From contig CAJINV010000003.1 in the NCBI GenBank assembly GCA_905178155.1, positions 1,793,557 to 1,857,556 of the forward strand: a stretch of 64,000 nucleotides of DNA, in the 5' to 3' direction. The position numbers were made by a program, and so were the translations under genes. Source of the DNA: Amoebophrya sp. A120 (taxonomy: Eukaryota; Protista; Dinoflagellata). The notes beneath the pieces are model-generated. The model worked only from the letters and a program-made list of their open reading frames with translations. It made no database searches and was not told the origin of the DNA. Below are positions 55,136 to 64,000 of the stretch, piece by piece (the first letter of the stretch is position 1; each line of letters opens with the position of its first letter).

Positions 55136-57092
55136 CTAGCGCGCTGCGGTCTGCGCAGCCCCGTTACTAGTAGCAGTTGTAGCGTCCTCGAGCACCACCG
55201 GTGCGTTCTCGATCTCCACCTTTTGACACACGGCGGCAGCCAGAATGTTTTCTGGAACGTGGGCAAGCAACGAGTTGGGTGTTGGGTACGCAGACGGACA
55301 CCAGCTGTATTTCTTTCTCACTGCCTCGGTCCGGTCCGCTAGCGGCGTGTCCCTTGCACTCTTCAGAGCGGTACGGCAGACGGAGAGGGTACGCAAAGAC
55401 AGCGGCACCACCCGCAACAACTGCGGATCCGACGCAACAGCTGTGTCGATTACTTCCGGCTCGAGGACCGCGAGGGCGACACGCGGCGACATTGTCGTTC
55501 GGCCTTTGCGCATGATGTTGTTTGCACGAAAGTGGTACCACTCTTCCCGGACTTCCTCGTGGTTTGGCGAGAGCAGCTTCGCCATGAAGTCGACAAGGCA
55601 GGAAAACACGTACGGATTCAGTTCGACCAGTTTTTGCACCAACCTTTTCAGGTGTTCGCCATTAGATCGGGCAGCGAAGTTTTTGGCCGTCGCGACTACC
55701 TTTTATAGGAAAGAAAAAACAAACATGTCCACCTCAGCGTCTCTGTCTCATGAGGCGTGGCGTAGTGACAATTCCGTGTACCGTGATTCCCAATCACGAT
55801 TGATCGCGATGTGAGTGTGGGAGTACAACATGTCGGCTAGGCAACGAAGCGCGTCAGATAAAAGCAAAATGAAAATCAAACAACAATATGCTCGTACACG
55901 GATGTAGGTAAACTGGTACTCATGTTCAATTTTAAACTCATGGATACAACGTACGCGTACCCGAGCATAGCTCAGAATAGTTTCGCAGTGAATGTGAATC
56001 GGAAAGTGTTGCTGTGCTCTGATCAGATCGTGCAGAAACGTCGTCGTTTGCGTCAGGCGGCTATTCGCGATGGCAAGTCCGTGGAGGATTGGCACGCACA
56101 TGCGACGAGTCAAATAGAACTCGTACGCTTGCTTGCCATCCGTAATGTGCGGGATCGAATCCAGGGCTGCATTCCAAGGAGTACGGGATCCAATACTAGG
56201 TACATCCTTTGGCGGGCGGTGCAGCAACATAAAAAAAATCCACCACACCTCCTCGTCCGAAATAAACCGGCTTCCCAAATCTTCATCGATGCCCTTAACC
56301 GGCACGTCATCGTCCAGAAATGAAAAGATGTGCAGTACGATTTCCGGTGGAATAGATTTCCGCGCTGAGACGGCTCGTTCAACGAGTTCTGCGCACCGAT
56401 GACGCTTCAATGTCACGTAGGTGGTGTACGCCGAACTGCGTGACTGTGATGTTGTATCGGAAGTTTGTGTTTGAGTTTTTTATTTTTGATTTTTTGTGCA
56501 GTTGTAGTTGTTGCAACATGCTCATAGGCATTACATCCACCATCCGAATCACATAAGAGAGAGCACTCAATGCGCAATCAGTATAGCAATAGTCTCTCGT
56601 CCTTGGTAAATGATGAAGTACCTTTGTGTCGTTATCTGTTCTACAGCGCGGGGCGCGCGGGAATGCGTGAACAATGTTGAAAGCAGCCAGTGCATGAGCA
56701 GGCAGGTTCGCAGGCGGCGGGGGTCTTGGTTTCTTGCAGGTACAGCGAGACGTAAGGTGGTCTGCGACGAACTCCACCACATATCGGTCAAATTCTTCAC
56801 GGTAAAGCGGTCCTTCGTCATTGAACCAGACCGATGCATCGCTTTTCGTTTTCTGCTGCAGGTTGAGGTGCTGGTAATTGTCCCTTTCTTCATACCGGTC
56901 TACAAACTGAAGAACATGCTGGTGCAACATCACAAAGAGGTCACAGAAAAGGCTGCTCTGAAGCCTTCCGATTTCCTTTGCGTGGTCTTTGTCGAAGAAT
57001 TGCTTCAGTGCCTGCAATCTGCACTTCTTGGTCCCATCGATGGCGCTCGAGCGATCCGCTCCCGGCATTTCTGTCTCGTCTCGTCGTTCCAT
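55136..57092 (-). CDS. F-box-like protein with C-terminal DUF4116-like repeats, 3 exons, ~505 aa
   Basis: Exons 57092-56622, 56443-55961, 55699-55136 (GT-AG, in frame). SIPPEIVLHIFSFL is F-box-like; AVASDPQLLRVVPLSLRTLSVCRTAL is DUF4116-like. Confidence 0.55.
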
Positions 57093-58321
57093 TTCTCCTG
57101 CTACAACTCAACCTACCGGGCTAATACTAGGAAAATTGACCAAGATCAGAAACAGAATTGATATTGAAATTGAATGTTCTACATAAGCAGCCAGGCGGAC
57201 AGAGATGGTGGAGATTCGATTGAAATTGGCACAAGTAACTACAAAAGTTGTAAACAGATGGGAAAATTGCAGGGGAGTTTCGATTTGAGACAAGAAGAAT
57301 GCCTCTCAATACAAACAGAAAACTAAAACTAGCTGTAGCTTTTGAACTCGAATGCGGTTCGAGGCGTAGTTATATTTCTGTACCCCTGTCATTTACATTT
57401 TATTTGAGAAGAAAAAAAGGAATCAGCTCCAGCACCAGGAGTTCCGGATTTCTGCACCTGCTACAAGACTGATAAGTCACGGATTCTTCATGTTTTTGTT
57501 CTTCATATTAGAAGAACGCCACAGTCACGGAAAAAACGAGGAAAAACAAATCAACAAAACAAGAAAAACAGATGAATCGAATCAAATCTAGCACGGGACA
57601 CAGCTGCGCAAGAGCCTGTACTTAACTGGGCCCAACAACAACCGAATCCCATATTCAACTCGCACTCTTTCCGCTTTGATGGCGATACTCTTGCCGATCT
57701 TCACTCGGGCGATTTTGTTAGCGAAGCTAAGCACAGCGAAAGGCCTCTCCTAGCTTCTAAATGTAAAAAATGCCCTGCGCAGCAAAAGGTTTCCACTCAC
57801 AACTCTTTTGTCGATTTCGAATCCACAATTCATACATGCTCTTCGTGACTAAGTAACAGCAACGTGGTCTAGCAACGGATTTAGTTTCGCGCATTCTTGT
57901 CGTGCGATTCCGATTGCAGCAGCTGATGTAGTTCAGCACTGATCCACGTATCGGCTTCACTACTACGGTAGCTCGCGTCAGACGCGCTTTAAACTCAAAA
58001 CTGGCACTGGTTATTTCGAGTTCGAGGCTGCTTTATTTACAACAGGGAAATGTTGTCCACAGCCACTTGTCAGCTTTCGTTTCATACACTTACGCTTTTT
58101 GTGCATATAGAAATCGGAAAAACAAGAAAAAGCTCTGCTGCAGTTATTTCATTACCTCTCTGGTCATCATCCGTCATTATGTATCCTGAAGTAGCGAGGC
58201 GTGGACAAAGTTTAGGGCGTGCCCAACTTCTTAGTGCTACAACCAGCCGCGAAGCTCCTCTTCACTAATTCGTTTTACTGGCAGCCAGTTCGACGTCCTG
58301 CCTGTCACCCAACCGCAGATT

Positions 58322-61300
58322 TTACGATCCGACGCGAACTGAAACTCCAGCAATCAGACCGACTGCTCCATGGATAAGCCGTAGTCTGCCAGAAAGCATT
58401 GCACCATGTCCTGCATCCGTTGTTTGTGCATTTGCCGCAGCTTGGAGAGTTCGTCCTCGTGACCTGTTCATGTATTTTTGCAATTCCAATCTATTGGCAT
58501 TGCGCATTCTTGAGCGCTGGTGCTGTTTATCTTAATTGCATTTTGGTGTCAGAATCCGTACGTGCTTGAGTGCATTGAAGTACATTGGCGAGTGGCTGGA
58601 AACCGAAACTTTGCTAGGTGGAAAAATCAAGGCCACAGCAAAAAAGTTTGTATGTAAGTATGAACAAACGAAGTAAACTCTACGTGCTTCCTGGTCCTCT
58701 AACTGTTGGCGCAGAACCGCGACTCGTGCCTGCGCCCGCCGAGCCTCATCCATGATTCCCCGTGCGTGAGACGCTAGCTCTGTCTGGAACGAAAGCGCCT
58801 CCTCCTCCGATGCTGGCAGCAAATTCGCGTAGGGATCGTCATTATTTGCTCCGTCTGCAACAAGAACCAAACCCACATGACTGCCATGAACTGAACCGGA
58901 AAATGTTGGAACCACAGAAACGCCTTCGAGGCCCTCCTGTTTCTCAACACTAAAACGCCCAGTGCGAGAGACGCGACGGACCCGTGGTCCCTCGGATCGC
59001 GAGCGCCGTATCACTACATTCGATCTGCCTGCTCGTGGCGCCGAAAGAACACCGGCCGGCGAGACGCTTGCACTGGTGGTGTCCGCCTGCGTTGTCGTAC
59101 TCGTGTCTTCATTCTGATTGCTCCGCGCGGACCCGAAAGGCATCTTTTCTACCTTCATTCTAGGCGTTGTGCCAGAAGCAGGGGAGCGGCGTGGTGATGA
59201 TTGCATCGACCGGCGTCGACGGAGCGTTCCACTCGTTCTCGACCCATGCTGTCGTAGTTCTGACCGATGTAGGTCCTCTTGCCCAGACGGGGCACACGCA
59301 GTTGCGTAAACTGGATGGCGTGTGTTCAGGATTGGGATCACCGGACCGCAGGATTTACTACGACGGCTGCCAATCGTATCGCATCTTGTCAAATCAGCAT
59401 CAGCATCTTTAGGATCATCTGCTCCTGGAAACCCAACGTTTACGCGTCGCGGGCGACGTACCACTCGACGAACGACGGACGGACGGTTTCTGTTTCCGCT
59501 CGCGGATACCGAGACGCTGCCCTCCTGCTCCTCCTCTGTCACTGTCATCACGCGTGTACTTTGATTTTCTGCACCGATTGGGAGGAGCCCGTTACTTTTC
59601 ATTTCGCCTGGAGACGAGCTGTGCGGAGTCGAAACAGGCGGCGCCTGAAATTGGTTCCCTTCCGCCCTCGCTTCTGGTTCTGAAGGGGAGGCTCCTGCGC
59701 CTGCCGTGGGATAACAGGCGCACCACTCGAAGAATTGCTGGGAAAGAACGCGATTGCTGTAGGTCTTGTCCACTAGAGTTTGGAACAGTGCCCACGTTCC
59801 GTCCGCGGTGAGATTCAGTTCCGCCCGAAATTTTTCAACATCGACCGCAGGCACGAGCGCAAGAGTTTCCACGAACTCTCTCCCTCCGAGCGTCGCCTCT
59901 GCACGCGCCATTTGAACAACCGACCTGCCCCAGTTTTCGAGATTGATCACCGACGCCAGTGCGCGGCCGCAATGCGCGAGCGCAATCTCGAACACTGATA
60001 AGGATACCACAGCCGTCTGCTCGCCCCGATAATTGGTTTTGCGGCCAGTCACGACATGTTCCGGAGCGACATCTTCCTGCCGCACTGACGGTGGTCTAGC
60101 CCGATGGGAAGCTTGCGACTTCTCCTCCAGCTCAGAGAATATGAATTCCGCCTCGTCCTTGTTTATGCCGAGTGCGTGCTGCTTGAAGAGAGAAAGCCAT
60201 TCTCCTCGTGAGAGGTGTAAATCTTCTTGACCCGCGGGTTGTGTCCGCGAGTCGAGGAGCAACGAGCTGACGGAGCGACCGTTCAAACGGCGGCGGATGC
60301 GGCGCAGCAGACACCCGAGAACGCGAGGATCCTTCTTCCAAATGGTAGACAGAGGCTCCACAACATGAAATTGTTCATCAGCATTTTCCGCCTGGAGCGC
60401 TGCGTGATGATGTGATCGCAGATCGGTCACGGATGTGATTTTGGACGTCGAGGATTCTTGCAGCTCGAAGTCGCTTCGCTGAGACGGCGATGGTGCGTTT
60501 ACGGTTGGATGTGGATCAGGATCTCGACGAACCATGGCGTTATAGCAATCAGGACGGGAGCGAGCTCGTGCTTGGTTGCCATTCCGACTGCTTTTGGGTT
60601 GTGTCGACGATGGTGCAACATTTCCATCGTCCTGCAGGACAAGTCGGCCGTGTTCTTCCGGCTCCGACGATGAAGTATCTTCATCTAGGCCGAAAGGATT
60701 CAGTGCGAGGTCTCGCTCTGATTCGGGTCCCGCCTCCAGAGCCAAGCTCGCGTCGGGCTCTCCTATGTACGAACTCTCCTCAGCCTCGAGCATCGCAAGA
60801 GCCGACGTCCTCTGCCCCGATGCTCTTCGCCTTCCCGTCGACGGAAGTGGTATCAGTTCCTCGAGCGGTTCGAGCCTCCCGCCGCGTCGACCGGCAGCGG
60901 GACTGCTTGACTCCAGGTTGTCGAAATCCAACCGAACGAGTACCGGGGTGTTGCTACGTTTCTGATCCGAAAGCCGAATTTGACCGCTAGGCGAAATGTG
61001 GCGCTGGGAGGGCGAGGTATCGAAACCGCACGACGCTGCAAACGTGGAATTTCCGTCAGCTCGTGGGCCGGCGGTTGTAGACCACTGTGGCAGTCGCCTA
61101 GCAACACTCTGCTGGCGGGAACTGCTCGAATTGATAGCATCTCCTTTTCGACGTGGAGGCGACTCGAATACAAAGGCGTCGGTGCCAACGTCGCAGCTCC
61201 GCCGAGGCGTGCGGGCTGCAACAGTGCTTGACGAATCAAAGTGATTTGATTCTAGCACCGCCGCCTCCTCGTCTCCGCACTCTGATGATGGGCAGGAGCG

Positions 61301-64000
61301 AATTATGTCGGTATCCCGATTGTTCCTTGCCTTGTGTTCGGCAAGTCTCCGGCAGCGGTCTTGTTGCGGGGTGTCTTCCCTTGTATCCATGCAGTGGTCA
61401 GTCGCTTCTGCAGCAGCGGTATCTGAGGTGGCGTCGAATGAGCATGACGACGCCGCGCTGCGGCAATGACGGCGGCCTTGCTGAGAACAAGCTGCAGCTG
61501 CTCTAGTAGAAGTACTTGCAGCGTTTTCATCATCTACAGAGGTGCTTTCTAAAAAGCGGCGCACGGAAGAAGACAGGTAGAAGCCTCCAGAAACGATGCG
61601 AGGTTTCGAACAAGAAGACGCTTCCATTGGTCGACCGGCGGTCGTGGTCGGTTTTCGTGGTGATCTGGAGTGCTCAGCAGCTTGCAATTGGTCGTCGGGA
61701 ACGTCTTCTAGTGTGAGGGGGTCATGGTCCTGTGTTCCCGGCTGATACGTCACTCTCTCGGGCGCCGTTGCCCGAAGAACAATCTGCCGTCGCGGTGTGC
61801 GGCTTGCACGATCCTGCAGCTCCTGCGATGTTCGCAACAGCTCTGACTCAGATGATTGCGGCAGACGCACCGGCGTGGAAGCGACCGGAGCGGCTTCCAC
61901 AAGGCGGGTCGCGCACGGCGTGCGCTCGTCTGCTTCTGTCACTGCGGTCCACCTTCTAGTGTCCTTTGCAGAGCCGGCCGTGTCAAAGAATGAGCGGCAA
62001 CTCGGCAAAGCACCCGGACTACTTCTCTTTGGCCTCTCCGGATCTTCCTCTGGGCGCAGCGAAGTGGAAGGTGACCCGAGTCCGAACGCATTGTCGTCCA
62101 AAACGATCAATCTGTCGCCGTCCTGCGACCTTGTAGGCTCAAGGCAACGTGTCACGCGGCCTATCGTTGTCTCGCGCAAGTTGCTTAGAAAGGCCTCCTC
62201 GGTCGCAAGCTGCGATGCCAGTTGCACGTTTGCGCTACCCGTCTCCTTCTCCTTCCCCTGCGCAGGCTTAACCGGAGTGCTGCAATTTCTACCTCTTGCA
62301 GTTTGGAGCTGGAGGAGATCAGGTTCTACCACCTGCTGGTCGGTCAATCTCGCGGTGGCCCGCCCCGTCGTTTCAGTCCCTCCGGTACTGGTGCAAATCG
62401 ATGAGGACGCGTGGCTTCGTGTGGTAGACGCGCGCGTGCTAGCGCTCGCACTATACAACGACACGGCGGAACAGCTCGAATTCGAAACGATCGAGTTGCC
62501 GCACACCACCCTTCGAGAAGTGCTCGCTGCAGACGAAACTAGGGAGCTGCTGCTGGGGGAGCTACATACCGGCGCACCGGGCTGCAAATCCACCAGGGTC
62601 TCACCAATACGTAGTGATGCTGTTGCATTGTCAACTACACTGGCGAGGAGCGACGTTCGCGAAATCGAACTCTGCAGCGTGTCCGCGTCGTGCAAAGCGG
62701 GTCGCAGCGTGTTCTCGTCGGCCGCGTTGGACTTTCCTGGCGGCGTGAAGTACCGCAGTCTCTCTTGATGTTGATGCTGATCCGCATGTCCTCGCATCGC
62801 CGTCGTAGTGCCCTCGCTATCGATAACGCCCAGCTTCGCATGCTGACGGTTGCGAGTCGGGGGTGTGATATCGCTGCAGTGTCGATCACCAGTGGCGCTA
62901 TCGCTATGAAGATCAGCATGACGGTGCGCAGAATCCTCAATACCCTTCTTGCCCGCGCTGCTTTTTCCGCCTGAGGAGCTGGCGCTTTTCGATGTGCGAG
63001 AAGCAGAAGTTATTTCAGTCAAGTGGCAAAGCGCTGTGACGGGAGTACTTTTTTCATTTTCAGCCGGACTGACGCTGGCCTCGATCGTGGATTTTTTCTC
63101 ATTGGAGCCACTGTCGCTGTTGACGCTCTTCCGTCGGACGATGGGCCGATCCGAGAGCGCGCCTCGAGTTTGAATCGGCGACAAGATTCGGGATGACGAC
63201 GAAGAGCACCGAAAAACGATGCTGCTTCTTAGAGCAGGGGTCGATGCATCTACAGGCGAGGCAACAGCACTACAGGCGGTCCTGGTCGTACTGGAACTTG
63301 TAGCGTCGCCCTTCAGCGCAGATCTGCATTGGGTTGTGCTAGAGACGCTACTGCCGCTCAGCGGATCGCAAATGACAGGTCGCTGCAATCGTCCGGGGCG
63401 GGGGCTTTCTGCACTCCTCGTGTCTTCTTCGAAATCCCTTCTGGTTTCGCGCTTTTCCACACCATCCTCAAGTTTTGCGAGCGGCTCGTGGGCATGCTGC
63501 GGACGCGGTGAAAAAAACGTTCTCGCAGAAGTACCATCATCGACATCGTCGTGCTGGTGTTGCTTGATGCACGAGCTTTTGCCATGACCCCCAGAGGATG
63601 CAGCAATGATCGTGTCAGGCGAAGTTCCTGGAGAATCAGTCAAAGCAAACGCCGCTTCAGCCCTGCCTTTCGTCGGAGCAGTGCGGAGCTGTAGATTTTC
63701 GCGCAAGGACGCTGGACTGCTCGGTGTCAAGGGTTGCGCGACGACGTGGCTGCTGACCTGCGCGGACAGTGCGGCAGCGGCAGCTCGCTCCTCCCGGAGC
63801 CGACGATTCACAATCGCCTCTATTCGATCGTCGAGACAACTCTCGGCCACCTTCTCGGTCTGGAAATGGTGCTCGTGTGGAGGTGTCCTCCGCCCCGCAC
63901 TACTGCTGCTCGACAAGGCGGTTGCTCTGCTGATATCGTCTTCAACCTGTACTTGGCTGCGCTTCCCCACCACTTTTGCGCCGTGCAAATCTGGTGACGG
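58322..64000 (-). CDS. Very large Ser/Arg/Pro-rich, mostly disordered protein (>1800 aa), 5'-truncated; degenerate EF-hand-like region
   Basis: Open frame 58532-63988 without an ATG start in view. LSRGEWLSLFKQHALGINKDEAEFIFSELE is EF-hand-like. A last exon at ~58322-58520 is likely, after an intron starting near 58680. Confidence 0.7.

Noticed and set aside
1-64000. Numerous plus-strand ORFs of 60-320 aa in the track
   Set aside because: They are antisense shadows of GC-rich minus-strand CDSs, with no recognisable motifs.
1-64000. Dinoflagellate spliced-leader relics, tRNA or rRNA genes
   Set aside because: No CCGTAGCCATTTTGGCTCAAG-like match or RNA-gene signature noticed by eye; a covariance-model scan was not possible.

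Overview
Eukaryotic, gene-dense window (~52% GC by eye). About 17-18 protein-coding genes, all on the minus strand. The first ~23 kb holds long, essentially intronless genes: a GT61-like protein running off the left edge (absent from the ORF track), a DNAAF1-like LRR protein, a degenerate SIRT6/7-like protein, a PUS7/TruD synthase, a MAP10-like protein and unknowns. The rest holds mostly intron-containing genes: an EF-hand+MFS transporter, an intronless SAM methyltransferase, a ~3,130-aa Cys-rich surface/secreted protein, EHD, an F-box-like protein and RBR-like fragments. Unidirectional gene order, divergent insertion-rich proteins and repeat-bounded introns suggest a Syndiniales parasite such as Amoebophrya (inference). 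Main signal: four insertions (24765-25093, 28116-29255, 35912-36376, 45015-45140) share one architecture, TA(T)...(A)TA terminal inverted repeats flanked by a 5-bp direct repeat. Each sits in coding sequence, and removing the element plus one direct repeat restores the reading frame, so they look like transposon-like non-canonical introns (introners). The largest is a 1.14-kb imperfect palindrome end to end. Also notable: the giant protein has regularly spaced (S/D/A)FA(E/D/A) motifs bounding basic Ser-rich spacers, suggesting a protease-processed polyprotein. Gene models were built by hand; no database searches were run.
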